64,000 nucleotides of DNA from an uncultured virus (IMG/VR IMGVR_UViG_3300028571_000012) (Duplodnaviria > Heunggongvirae > Uroviricota > Caudoviricetes): IMG/VR virus record IMGVR_UViG_3300028571_000012; one strand, written 5' to 3'. Shown one piece after another: positions 27,942 to 37,249 of this stretch. Below the pieces are notes generated by a model, which saw nothing but the letters and a program-made list of their open reading frames with translations, ran no database searches and had not been told where the DNA came from. The translations under genes were made by a program, and so were the position numbers. How positions within the stretch are numbered: the first letter of the stretch is position 1; each line of letters begins with the position of its first letter.

Positions 27942-28163
27942 TTAAAGTTCATTATTGGTATCTTTACCAAAAACACTTAAATATTCTTGGAATGAAGATT
28001 TATCGGAATTGTATACATAGTCAAAAACATAATCATTCATAACATCGTCATCGCATTCCAATAAATTTTCAAGATCGGAAAATAGTTTATCTTGAATTTT
28101 CGACAAAGAGGTGATGTATTGTTTGTATTCCTCAATTTTCGCGTGTGTTGTGTTTGTTTCCAT
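27942..28163 (-). CDS. hypothetical protein
   Basis: Start moved to METNTT. Confidence 0.55.
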   Translation of the reverse strand: METNTTHAKIEEYKQYITSLSKIQDKLFSDLENLLECDDDVMNDYVFDYVYNSDKSSFQEYLSVFGKDTNNEL

Positions 28164-28167
28164 ATGT

Positions 28168-28362
28168 TTAAAAAGAGTTATTAATTGAAAGCTTTTGCAA
28201 CGCGTGAAATTCCTGTTCAACAATTTGCGAGTATTGATCATCCTCTTTTTGATTTTTTGTTTGAACTTGAAAACTTTTGATGAGTTCATTTTCGGCTCGA
28301 TGACGCATTGCAATTTCAGCAATTAGTTTTTTCCGTTGCAGCATTTGCGGTGTATTTTTCAT
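28168..28362 (-). CDS. hypothetical early protein
   Basis: Directly after promoter 28371-28400. Confidence 0.55.
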   Translation of the reverse strand: MKNTPQMLQRKKLIAEIAMRHRAENELIKSFQVQTKNQKEDDQYSQIVEQEFHALQKLSINNSF

Positions 28363-28370
28363 AATATCTT

Positions 28371-28400
28371 ATTGTACCATATTGTTAGTGTTTTGTAAAC
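28371..28400 (-). promoter_or_regulatory. sigma70-type promoter GTTTACA-17-TACAAT
   Basis: Motif with extended TG. Confidence 0.7.
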
Positions 28401-28418
28401 ATATTTTAGGAAATAGTG

Positions 28419-29543
28419 TTAATCAATTCCCTGACCGTTTCGGAATCCAACAACATATGGAAAGCGTGGAATTCCATCAGGAGTAAGATTAAAGTATTTG
28501 CATGTAGCATATTTGCCTTTATAAGAATCTGCATCATGCAATAGTTCTTTTAAGAATGTATGATTCCCTTTAATATTGGAACTGAATCGCTTACCGTCAG
28601 GTCGTTCCAACGTTGCATAACCTGCCATTCCGCTTTTATTACCATTGCCTTCGCAAATTTCCACGATAAGATATTCATCATCTGTAAACTCCTTGCGCTT
28701 AAGCAACGTGTTGCTGCGCTTGAATTCATAAGGTTCGTTGGTGCGAACCATTTGACCTTCATAGGCATCTTCAAGAAGAATGCCGTAAAGTTCATCAAGC
28801 TTACTTTCGTCACATGCCACATATGTTGCCACAGGAACAACTGGAGTCTTTGGAGTAAAATTGTATTCAGCGCAAATGCTTCCAATTTTCATGTTGCGAT
28901 CAAGAAACTTTAATGTGTTGTCTGCAATGTCGTACCAATGATATTCGATTGTGGCTGCACTTTCTTCAAGATCTTCTGCTGTCGGTTTGGTCTTTTTAAT
29001 AAGTGAACTGATCTTATTAAAGTCATCATGCAGTCCATGACAATACAATTCACCGTCAAGAATCAAATCTGGATGCGACTCAAATACCGGTTCCAATGCT
29101 TGTAAAATATGCGGAATGGTTACCCATGGTTTACCGTTGCGACTTGTTGCGCCATGACGTGTAATAATTGCGCGCATGCCGTCCAATTTTGGTTGGCAAT
29201 ATACTGGAAATGCAACCTTGCTTTTTCGGTCTTCCCATTTTTTGGCCAACATTGGCTCGACGAAAGTTGGTTTATCAATGTCCTGTATTGACTCAAAGTA
29301 TCCAGAATCTTTCTTTTTCTTCCAGATCGCCTGTGCCTGAAATTGCGCCTGAGCAACAAGATCGCGTTCATTTGCTCGACCGACATTTGTAGCCACAACA
29401 GTTGACCATTCAGTGGTAATAATTTTGCCATCCACTTGCCCATAAGACGCACGATAAAGACCTAGTGCGGTATCAATTTCCATTGTCCATTGCTGAACAG
29501 CTCCGGTTGATGTGCGAGAATATAGAGTAGGAAGTGTTTTCAT
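28419..29543 (-). CDS. ATP-dependent DNA ligase with WGR-like N-terminal domain
   Basis: PMLA, QPKLDGMR, LDGELY, YEGQMVR, LLKRK, GIPRFP; likely start MKTLPT, frame open further upstream. Confidence 0.92.
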   Translation of the reverse strand: MKTLPTLYSRTSTGAVQQWTMEIDTALGLYRASYGQVDGKIITTEWSTVVATNVGRANERDLVAQAQFQAQAIWKKKKDSGYFESIQDIDKPTFVEPMLAKKWEDRKSKVAFPVYCQPKLDGMRAIITRHGATSRNGKPWVTIPHILQALEPVFESHPDLILDGELYCHGLHDDFNKISSLIKKTKPTAEDLEESAATIEYHWYDIADNTLKFLDRNMKIGSICAEYNFTPKTPVVPVATYVACDESKLDELYGILLEDAYEGQMVRTNEPYEFKRSNTLLKRKEFTDDEYLIVEICEGNGNKSGMAGYATLERPDGKRFSSNIKGNHTFLKELLHDADSYKGKYATCKYFNLTPDGIPRFPYVVGFRNGQGID

Positions 29544-29831
29544 ATTTTTATTAATCAATTGGGTTTTAGAATTAAATGTCGCAATAGTCCAATAGTCGTG
29601 AATAAGCTTGCCGTCCTTCCACATGCTATAACCTCCAACTCCGATGCTTTCACAATTGCCAATCATAGCAAAAGCTTCATAAGCATTGTTACATGCTTGA
29701 CTGTATGCTTGCTTGGGCGAAGCAGACATGGCGGTTCCGTTTCGGACGGCGGCGCCTGGAACAACAAGGTAGTATTTTACGATGTACATAATATAGAATT
29801 TTTGAAAAAGGAGGGGAAACAAAGTCTCGGA

Positions 29832-29984
29832 TTAGCGCACTCCCATCAAAGTCTTGACGGCTTTGACTTGGGCGGAGGTGAGGACAACCTAGGATCCGTC
29901 TCGCATCTGACCGATCGGAGTGTTGCCGTCCATGAAGAAGGCATTAACGAGGCGGGCGAATTCAGCAGCTTTTAGTTTTTTCAT
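29832..29984 (-). pseudogene. small GC-richer gene with in-frame TAG
   Basis: MKKLKAAEFARLVNAFFMDGNTPIGQMRDGS*VVLTSAQVKAVKTLMGVR; TAG at 29889-29891. Confidence 0.5.
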
Positions 29985-30090
29985 AATGTGGTGTTTCCTT
30001 ACAGGACTATTCTACTATAAAAATCAGCAGTTGTAGTCCATAGTATTGTTATTTATATCTTTATTGCTTTCAGATTACAGTAAACCTCTT

Positions 30091-30228
30091 TTAAGATAGT
30101 TTTGCTAAGCTTAGCAGTAATGCTTCTTGAATTTCCTTAGTTGTTTTTCTCACAGGAGCTTCAACTACAATTTTGCTTTGAATCGGTTGATCAACCAATT
30201 CTTTATTTTTCTTTTTTGAACGTGCCAT
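30091..30228 (-). CDS. small basic protein (45 aa)
   Basis: Hand translation MARSKKKNKELVDQ...LAKLS. Confidence 0.5.
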   Translation of the reverse strand: MARSKKKNKELVDQPIQSKIVVEAPVRKTTKEIQEALLLSLAKLS

Positions 30229-30238
30229 AATATCCTAT

Positions 30239-31180
30239 TTATAAGCTTTTTGCCACGCGTTCTATGGCTCTTGCCGATTCAACTTCCATAGGTCTGTTCT
30301 TATACCAACCGCCGGTATCAAGATCAATTTGTTTACATAAAGACGCAACTTCGCTTGATGTTATCGGGTAACCTCGCCGCATTGCATTACTGGCAATATT
30401 CAGCATAATTTGGTACATTTTAGCATACCACCCTCCATTATGAATTGTTCGGTATTCGTTAATCATATTCTTATTAACAAACGGGCAATCGGCATAGCTG
30501 TTCCATTTAAAATTGGTATTGCACAATCCTTCTCTTTTGTATTTTAGAATCTTCTCGCGAATTTCATCGGGAAGTTTATCAGAGAATGAAGATGCTTTAA
30601 TGCTGGCAATATAAGGGTGACGCGACATTAAAGCATCCGGGTCGAGAAATGTTGCGCTTGACCCGCTATAGATAAAATTATTGCTGTTTGGATATTGAGC
30701 AGGAACATAATACATTCGAGATAAATCCTTAGTTTGAGGATCACCAAGACTGTTAAATTCTTTATTGCACGCATACCATAAATGACGAATTTTTGATGCT
30801 TCAACATGGCGTGTCATTGGAAGTATTACACGAAATTTTGTTTTTTCCGCTGTGCTGCTTGCCGAGGAATAACATACATGAGCATAAGGATCGAATACTG
30901 CTGCAGCCTGCTGAAAGCTTCCAGAGTATTCGTCTACATCCATTGCAACCCAACCGCCCCAAGACAATACATTATCATTTTTTCTTGTCGTGTTTTCCGA
31001 AAATGATGCAGGTGTTATAAGAGGACTGCCGTGCTTTTTTTCGTGCTTTTTAGGTTTGTATCCTGGTTGTGCGCTTAATTCATACAGCAAATTTTTAAAA
31101 GAATCCCAAGATTTAAAAGACATCTTACGATGTGTTTTGTTATCATATATGCTGGTAAAAATTGTAAGCGAATAATTCAT
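30239..31180 (-). CDS. archaeo-eukaryotic-type primase (prim-pol-like)
   Basis: AMDVD, YSSAS, KFRVILP, DPQTKDLSRMYYVP, helical C-terminal domain. Confidence 0.7.
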   Translation of the reverse strand: MNYSLTIFTSIYDNKTHRKMSFKSWDSFKNLLYELSAQPGYKPKKHEKKHGSPLITPASFSENTTRKNDNVLSWGGWVAMDVDEYSGSFQQAAAVFDPYAHVCYSSASSTAEKTKFRVILPMTRHVEASKIRHLWYACNKEFNSLGDPQTKDLSRMYYVPAQYPNSNNFIYSGSSATFLDPDALMSRHPYIASIKASSFSDKLPDEIREKILKYKREGLCNTNFKWNSYADCPFVNKNMINEYRTIHNGGWYAKMYQIMLNIASNAMRRGYPITSSEVASLCKQIDLDTGGWYKNRPMEVESARAIERVAKSL

Positions 31181-31183
31181 ATT

Positions 31184-33739
31184 TTAGCAAAAGAAATCCT
31201 CGAGACTTGAAACCGGTTCAGGTTTCCAACCAATAGCGTTTAGGATAAGTTGTAACGGTTCAACAAAAGTTTTTTTAAATTGAAGATCATAATCAATAAA
31301 ATCATTCAAACCAAATTCAACTGGAAGTTTATCAATAAACCCTATGACATTTTCATTTGTTGGATTTGGTTTTTTCAAATGTATGTATTTGATTTTATCA
31401 CCACCTTGAATAAGTTGATATTGTTGTTGCAAACCTTTTGTCACACAAAGATGATTGTGCATAAGAGCAGCTCTGGAATTCATAGGAGTTCCTTTAATAT
31501 AGATTGTTTGACGATCTTTCCATTTTTTAATATTGCTGACACCTCTTGGTGATGCAATTGTTTCAGCTGGAAGTTTGGAAAAATATGTTTTAAACAAAGA
31601 TAGTGATTGCTGCATGCGCGATTCATCCTCGTTCATAATTACCTTGAATATTTCCTTGAATGCTTGTCTGCACACTTTTGGTGTGGAACTTTTAATTGCC
31701 TCAACGCCCATCATTTTAATTTTAGGTTCGGCATATTGAACACCTTCATTATTATGAACATTCATAATATAGCGTTTTTTGGCAATTACAATTCCACGGT
31801 TTGAAATGCTTTCGCGTTTCATTACCATTTTATTGTCATAAGCATTTGTCAGTTTGGCAAATTTGGCAAATGATTTTTCCAACATAGGTTCAATTGATTT
31901 TTTGGCAAATTCATCAAGAAACATTACTGGGTTTTTAGGATTAAACTTATCAATAATATCCTTAACTGAAATATAGCATGAATCGGTGTCCATCATAATA
32001 ACACGATCCTTAGGGCTTTCATCTTTTAAGAAATTGGACAAATGGTTATTAAAGCTTTCCTCTGCCCATTTAATCACAAGCTGACCTGTAAGTGTAATAC
32101 CTTCAGCTACCGCAATGTCAAAATATCGGAAAAACCGGTTACCAATAGCACCATACAAACTGTTCAGCAAAATTTTGATTGCCATTTGTTCAGTTTCAAG
32201 ACGATCAACTGCGGACGCAACGGCAAAATATGATTTGGAATTTTTGTGTTCATCAATTGTTTCCAATTCTTTCTTTTTGTCAATCATCTGTTTTTTAAGA
32301 AGCACACGTTTGGAATATAGCTCCTCAACAATTTGTGGCATAAACCCTTGTTTATCTCGTCTGAAACACGCACCATTGGCCGCCGTGGCCAAATTAGGTT
32401 CCGGACTTACATTTTTCTTTTCTTGAAGAATACGATCAACATCCAAACCATGAACTGTCATATGCCGAACCAATGTTTCTGGGCTCATATTGTATTGCAT
32501 AATCAACGAAGGATAAAGACTGTTAAGGTCAAAACTTAATATCCATTCGTGCATTCCAACGGCTGGGTTTTTAACATATCCACCTGGATATGCAACAGCA
32601 CCTTTTGGTGTGCTTGGTGGAACCGCAATATGTTGTTTGGCCAATTTTCGGAAAATAATACTATCCCAAATTGCAACTGTGCCTAATGTTTCAGTGTAGT
32701 TTACACCTGCAAAATATGAAAGAGTAAATACAAGATTTAACAGTCCCAGTTTTGTCTCAAGTCGTTCCACAAGTTCAACGTCCTTAATGTTATAATCCAA
32801 GAAATGTTGGAAATCTTGTTCATACAATTTTGTAAGATTGTTATAGTCTCCATAATCCAATTTATTTTCACCAAGAACAAGTTCGGCAATATTATCCAAT
32901 TTGTAACTTTCTTGTTGACCGTAAGTATTCAATGTGAATTTTTTAAACAATTCCAAATAATCAAGTTGTTGAATTCCAAATATTTCATAATACACATTTG
33001 TTTGCCCTTGGAAAGTTTTTGATTTTTGATCCACTTGCTTCCACGGTGATAGTCGATTGACATCCTCGTTGCCTAATATGCGGGAAATTCGATTTACCAA
33101 GTATGGAATGTCAAAGTTAAGAGTGTTCCAACCGGTAATAATATCAGGTGTGTTTAATGTGTCGCTCCACCAATTTAAAAAGTCATCAAGCATTTCTGAT
33201 TCAGTTTCAAATTGCCGATATTCTTTTTTGAGATGCGGAACAATACTTGCGTTGCAATCATAATCTTTAAGACCCCAAGCAATGTAAGTATCACTTCTGC
33301 TGCTTTTAATTGTTATGGTGACAATTGGGTGTTTGGCTTCATCCGGTTTGGGAAATCCGCCTTCGGCGCCATCAACACCACTAGGGCATTCCAAATCCAA
33401 ATAGCATATGTCAATTAATCTTTTGTCAAATTGGATTGTGTCTGGAAATTCAGCTTGAATAAAAGAAGGAATATGCCGTTCATTTCCATAAATTTTAAAC
33501 GAATCAACACCTTCATAACTTTTGGAAAATGCTCGGCATTCACTCATGCTTTCAAACCTCATAGGTTCCAAAGGAATACCGTCCAAGCTTTTCCATTTGG
33601 CATTCTTATCCTTACTTTCAAGATAAACCGTAGGGCGGAATTTGTAAGTGTTGTAAACTTTTTGTCCTTTATCGTTATATCCACGATAAAGCAGATTGTT
33701 CATTTTTCGGTCAATACATGTATAAAATCCATTCAACAT
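31184..33739 (-). CDS. gp43: family B DNA polymerase
   Basis: DLE, GWN...FDIPY, FDLNSLYPS, KILLNSLYG, DTDS, KKRY; start moved to MLNGFY. Confidence 0.97.
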   Translation of the reverse strand: MLNGFYTCIDRKMNNLLYRGYNDKGQKVYNTYKFRPTVYLESKDKNAKWKSLDGIPLEPMRFESMSECRAFSKSYEGVDSFKIYGNERHIPSFIQAEFPDTIQFDKRLIDICYLDLECPSGVDGAEGGFPKPDEAKHPIVTITIKSSRSDTYIAWGLKDYDCNASIVPHLKKEYRQFETESEMLDDFLNWWSDTLNTPDIITGWNTLNFDIPYLVNRISRILGNEDVNRLSPWKQVDQKSKTFQGQTNVYYEIFGIQQLDYLELFKKFTLNTYGQQESYKLDNIAELVLGENKLDYGDYNNLTKLYEQDFQHFLDYNIKDVELVERLETKLGLLNLVFTLSYFAGVNYTETLGTVAIWDSIIFRKLAKQHIAVPPSTPKGAVAYPGGYVKNPAVGMHEWILSFDLNSLYPSLIMQYNMSPETLVRHMTVHGLDVDRILQEKKNVSPEPNLATAANGACFRRDKQGFMPQIVEELYSKRVLLKKQMIDKKKELETIDEHKNSKSYFAVASAVDRLETEQMAIKILLNSLYGAIGNRFFRYFDIAVAEGITLTGQLVIKWAEESFNNHLSNFLKDESPKDRVIMMDTDSCYISVKDIIDKFNPKNPVMFLDEFAKKSIEPMLEKSFAKFAKLTNAYDNKMVMKRESISNRGIVIAKKRYIMNVHNNEGVQYAEPKIKMMGVEAIKSSTPKVCRQAFKEIFKVIMNEDESRMQQSLSLFKTYFSKLPAETIASPRGVSNIKKWKDRQTIYIKGTPMNSRAALMHNHLCVTKGLQQQYQLIQGGDKIKYIHLKKPNPTNENVIGFIDKLPVEFGLNDFIDYDLQFKKTFVEPLQLILNAIGWKPEPVSSLEDFFC

Positions 33740-33745
33740 AAGAAT

Positions 33746-33791
33746 ATTATAACAAAAATCCGCAAAGATGTAAACCAATCTTTGCGGATTT
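33746..33791 (-). terminator. hsp20 terminator hairpin overlapping the gp43 promoter
   Basis: 14-bp stem aaatccgcaaagat/atctttgcggattt, loop TGGTTTAC, U-tract, then TATAAT. Confidence 0.75.
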
Positions 33792-33813
33792 GATAATTTT
33801 TATTTACTATAAG

Positions 33814-34215
33814 TTATTGTATTTTAATAGTGCGAGGTTTCTTTTCTTCCGGAATAACCTTTTCAAGCACTATGCTTAGGATTCCATTTTGAAGAGAAGC
33901 TTCTCTCACAAAGACATATTCCGCCAAAGTAAAGCGCCGTGTAAATTTACGAGCGCTAATGCCTTTGTGACAATATTCTCTTTCATCCTTTTCTTCTTGT
34001 TCACCAATAATAATCAGTGAATTTTCTATCGCCTCAATGTTTAGTTCTTTTATACCAAAACCGGCAACAGCAAGTTCGATAACATATGAGTCATCGGATA
34101 GTTTAACCACATTATGAGGTGGATAAACATTTGTATTTTCTTTATGTATATGATCAAAATCTCGAAAGAGTTGATCAAACCCAATGCCAAATGGCGTGTA
34201 TGTATTAATTTTCAT
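33814..34215 (-). CDS. hsp20: small heat-shock protein
   Basis: YPPHN, IELAVAGF, HKGISARKFTRRFTL, NGILSI, PEEKKPR.I.I. Confidence 0.95.
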   Translation of the reverse strand: MKINTYTPFGIGFDQLFRDFDHIHKENTNVYPPHNVVKLSDDSYVIELAVAGFGIKELNIEAIENSLIIIGEQEEKDEREYCHKGISARKFTRRFTLAEYVFVREASLQNGILSIVLEKVIPEEKKPRTIKIQ

Positions 34216-34322
34216 TTTTTTTTTTCGTTTCTCCTAATTAAGCGAGTTTTATATGTGTTATCAACAAACCCAATAACGGCATCTGCTGTTTGTTACCACC
34301 GTGGTAACAAAATTTATTTATA
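34216..34322 (-). promoter_or_regulatory. late promoter plus structured 5'UTR, ROSE-like RNA thermometer
   Basis: TATAAATA 34315-34322; three hairpins, the last CUCGCU-uaauu-AGGAG. Confidence 0.6.
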
Positions 34323-34344
34323 CAAATTTTTTCCTAAAGAAAAA

Positions 34345-34848
34345 TTATTTTTTATCTTTTACTTCAGCTGCAAGATCCGCATCTGCTTTACCCCAAGTTC
34401 CTGCACTTTTAGTCGCAAACGAATTTACACGTGCATATCCCCACTGCTCTTGAGTTGCGCCAGGACGATGGCCACTTTTCCACGCCCCCATACCTCGGCG
34501 CATTACAGCACGAAGAATGCCAATGGAAATTCCAGTGGCTTCACTTTTCTTTTTAAGCGCCGTTTCAATGCTTTCATTATCAATAGGACCTCGATCTGTG
34601 GATTTTTCTTGTAAAGATTTTTCTTTCTTGCCAAACATATCTTTATATTTTTGTGTGTGTTTGGATACTTTTGAAGTACTTAGACCTTTGGTGTCACCAG
34701 GCATTTTTTTATAAGCCGCCGGATCATCATTGGCCATTGCTGCTTGTTTTGCCATTTGTGCTTTTTTCTTGCTGATGGTGCTAGGACTTAATCCGGCAAA
34801 ATAACCATCATTTTCGTACATCCAATGTTTAAAACTTTCCATCTTCAC
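34345..34848 (-). CDS. conserved basic hypothetical protein with capsid-targeting-like N-terminus
   Basis: RGMGAWKSGHRPGAT.EQWGYARVNSF; ESFKHWMYE. Confidence 0.7.
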   Translation of the reverse strand: MKMESFKHWMYENDGYFAGLSPSTISKKKAQMAKQAAMANDDPAAYKKMPGDTKGLSTSKVSKHTQKYKDMFGKKEKSLQEKSTDRGPIDNESIETALKKKSEATGISIGILRAVMRRGMGAWKSGHRPGATQEQWGYARVNSFATKSAGTWGKADADLAAEVKDKK

Positions 34849-35273
34849 ATTTTTTTCTTAACATTTCCAATGCTGTATTTATTTAAGCAAGTCCAATCTT
34901 TCTTTTCTCTATGTGAAAGAATTTTAATTTGTTTAAGCGACGATGCATCTTTAATGGAGTTGTTATTTGCGACACGCAATAAACCCCAATCGGAAAGAAG
35001 TGTAATAATAGTATTGCGTCTGCAAAGATCATCATGTGTAAAAGTACTTGGTTTGCCGTCAAGCGAAAACAATTCCTTAAAATGAACTATAAAATATCGC
35101 CCTTGCTTGTGCAGTATGTGGCAACTTTGATATAATGTGTTATGATCTTTTTTTGAGGAAACGCCAATTCGACCTAGTGTTTCTTTAATTTTAAGAAAGT
35201 CGTCAGGTTCACTCAAATATATTTCCACCATATCTGATGGGCTCCAATCAATTATTGTTTGCAGATCATTCAT
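34845..35273 (-). CDS. regA: translational repressor
   Basis: DDFLKIKETL.RIG, LYQSCHILHKQGRYFIVHFKELF.LDG. Confidence 0.96.
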   Translation of the reverse strand: MNDLQTIIDWSPSDMVEIYLSEPDDFLKIKETLGRIGVSSKKDHNTLYQSCHILHKQGRYFIVHFKELFSLDGKPSTFTHDDLCRRNTIITLLSDWGLLRVANNNSIKDASSLKQIKILSHREKKDWTCLNKYSIGNVKKKM

Positions 35274-35303
35274 AACATTATTGTTATTTATAACAATATT
35301 GTT

Positions 35304-35768
35304 TTAGCGGCCGCCAACATCACGACGTGCTCTTATGCGATCTAATGCTTCGGGCGTAAACAGTGGAAGAACACTTCGTGCTTTTTCTGAACTGTAATTG
35401 TAGTGCGCCATTAACATGGCAACATCTCCAGTATCATCCGGTTTCTTGGACCATTTACTAAATCGTTTGCGTGGTCTAATAAGATTACGAAAGAAATCAT
35501 ATTGCATTTTAGGTGCGCACGATGAACGAATATTCATTTCATTTGCAAACAATACTGTATCTTGAAAATACGACAACCCTCGGTTAATCATAAACGGCAA
35601 ATATTGTTTATCCACAGCATCAATGTCAGCCGAGGTATCGCTATAATCTGCTCGTGAATTTTGCATAAGATTCACACCTCTTGCTCCTTCACAAATGTTG
35701 TTAATAAAATCAAAAGGAGAAAGCTTTTTAGGCCCGAGAGTTTGTTCTTTAGTTTTTGCCGCGGCCAT
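35304..35768 (-). CDS. gp62: clamp loader small subunit
   Basis: PFMINRGLS, ANEMN, RKRFSKW, YNYS.EKA. Confidence 0.92.
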   Translation of the reverse strand: MAAAKTKEQTLGPKKLSPFDFINNICEGARGVNLMQNSRADYSDTSADIDAVDKQYLPFMINRGLSYFQDTVLFANEMNIRSSCAPKMQYDFFRNLIRPRKRFSKWSKKPDDTGDVAMLMAHYNYSSEKARSVLPLFTPEALDRIRARRDVGGR

Positions 35769-35769
35769 A

Positions 35770-36720
35770 TTATCTTTTCCAAGTTACATTGCTCATCAAT
35801 TCTGTCAAGCATGCAACCATGTTAAGTTCTCTATCAGCAGCAAACGCATTTTTATATCCGTAATCGGCAAGGATAAGCACGGCCGCTGGAATGGTTGACG
35901 GTTCCGCTGTATCATACAGTCCGTCATAAATCTTACGAAAAATAACGCTGCTGTCAAGTGAACTGTTATTGACAACCCAACTGCGCATACTTTTGAAATC
36001 TTTATCGCGCAAATAAGATGTAAGTTGAGCAATGTTTTGATCACTCATACCTACAAGAATTTCAGTTGGAATGGTACCGCTTGTAGAATATCTTTGACAT
36101 TCATTTAGTACTCGGCGCCAGTCCGGTGCATAACGAATAATCAATTCGGCAATTGTTTTTTCTTGAAACGTCACACCTTCTTGTTTAAGAATAGTGGAAA
36201 GACGTTTCATAAATTCACCTGCCAGTGATGCAAGTTGTTTTTTATTTGTGTTAAAGTCAACAACGCTACATCTGCTGTGCAACGGTTCAATAATCCTGTT
36301 TTTAAAGTTACACGTAAGAATGAAACGACAATTGTTACTAAATTCCTCAATAAACCCGCGAAGCGCAGGCATCGTGCTGGTAGGGTTTAAATAATCCGCT
36401 TCGTCAAGAATAACAACTTTATAACCACCCGTCAATGATACGGTACTGGCAAATTGTTTAATTTTATTGCGCAGAACATCAATACCACTTTCTTCCGATC
36501 CGTTAATAAGAATGTAGTCAAGGTTTAGCATATTACACAATGCCTTGGCCGCAGTTGTTTTTCCTAGACCTGCCGTTCCGGAAAACATAAGGTTTGGAAG
36601 TTGACCTCCAGACACAAGTTCATTTAATGTCTTTTTAAGATCAGATGGAAGGATACACTCATCAATTGTTGTTGGGCGATAACGCTCGCACCACAAATAT
36701 TCGTTTTTGTTTGAATTCAT
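35770..36720 (-). CDS. gp44: clamp loader large subunit
   Basis: WCERYRP, GLGKTT, ILDEAD, SRC. Confidence 0.96.
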   Translation of the reverse strand: MNSNKNEYLWCERYRPTTIDECILPSDLKKTLNELVSGGQLPNLMFSGTAGLGKTTAAKALCNMLNLDYILINGSEESGIDVLRNKIKQFASTVSLTGGYKVVILDEADYLNPTSTMPALRGFIEEFSNNCRFILTCNFKNRIIEPLHSRCSVVDFNTNKKQLASLAGEFMKRLSTILKQEGVTFQEKTIAELIIRYAPDWRRVLNECQRYSTSGTIPTEILVGMSDQNIAQLTSYLRDKDFKSMRSWVVNNSSLDSSVIFRKIYDGLYDTAEPSTIPAAVLILADYGYKNAFAADRELNMVACLTELMSNVTWKR

Positions 36721-36742
36721 AATATATTAAAAAAATAAAAGA

Positions 36743-36775
36743 AGGCGCATCTGTATGTATATGACAGATGCGCCT
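36743..36775 (-). terminator. intrinsic terminator
   Basis: 12-bp stem aggcgcatctgt/acagatgcgcct plus U-tract. Confidence 0.75.
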
Positions 36776-36781
36776 GTTTGT

Positions 36782-37036
36782 TTAAATGGTTGTAATTTGT
36801 TGATACAAATCTTTGATAACGCTTGTTTCTTTTTCAAATGAAGCGGCGTTTTTCTTATGATAAAGTTTTGCAACCTTACGGATGAAACTTTTTTCAATGT
36901 CTAATGCATCACTGGTCGCATTAATAATTTCTTTAATTTGATCACGCGCATCATCCATGGTGGAAAGCTCATCACCGATTGCTTTAATTGCTTGCAGCAT
37001 TGCGCGTTGTTCGTTTGTATCTTTCAGTTGGTTCAT
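36782..37036 (-). CDS. dsDNA-binding protein (T4 DsbA-like)
   Basis: Helical protein with IRKVAKLYHK...F..E....LY. Confidence 0.6.
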   Translation of the reverse strand: MNQLKDTNEQRAMLQAIKAIGDELSTMDDARDQIKEIINATSDALDIEKSFIRKVAKLYHKKNAASFEKETSVIKDLYQQITTI

Positions 37037-37042
37037 ATTATT

Positions 37043-37246
37043 TTAGGAAAGGTCAAGTTCAAGTTGTTCTTTTTGTTCTTCTTGTTCAGCAACTGAAGAT
37101 CTCAATTTTTCAAAAAGTGTTCCCACAATTTGAAACTCTTCAGGTTGAAATGCGCCTCGTTTGCTGACAGTGTTAATAATATTAAGCACAAGAAGAACAT
37201 CTTGAACAGAAACTTCAACACCAGTATTGTCGGATTTTTCGTTCAT
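37043..37246 (-). CDS. conserved small hypothetical protein
   Basis: II..VSKRGAF..EE...VG.LF. Confidence 0.65.
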   Translation of the reverse strand: MNEKSDNTGVEVSVQDVLLVLNIINTVSKRGAFQPEEFQIVGTLFEKLRSSVAEQEEQKEQLELDLS

Positions 37247-37249
37247 GGT

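Noticed and set aside
27778..29984. Genome-wide TAG recoding suggested by two in-frame ambers
   Set aside because: All long conserved genes are intact in the standard code, and TAG ends genes at 4399, 21292, 27426 and 52670
31184..33739. Split or intein-containing gp43
   Set aside because: Single ORF with all motifs in normal spacing
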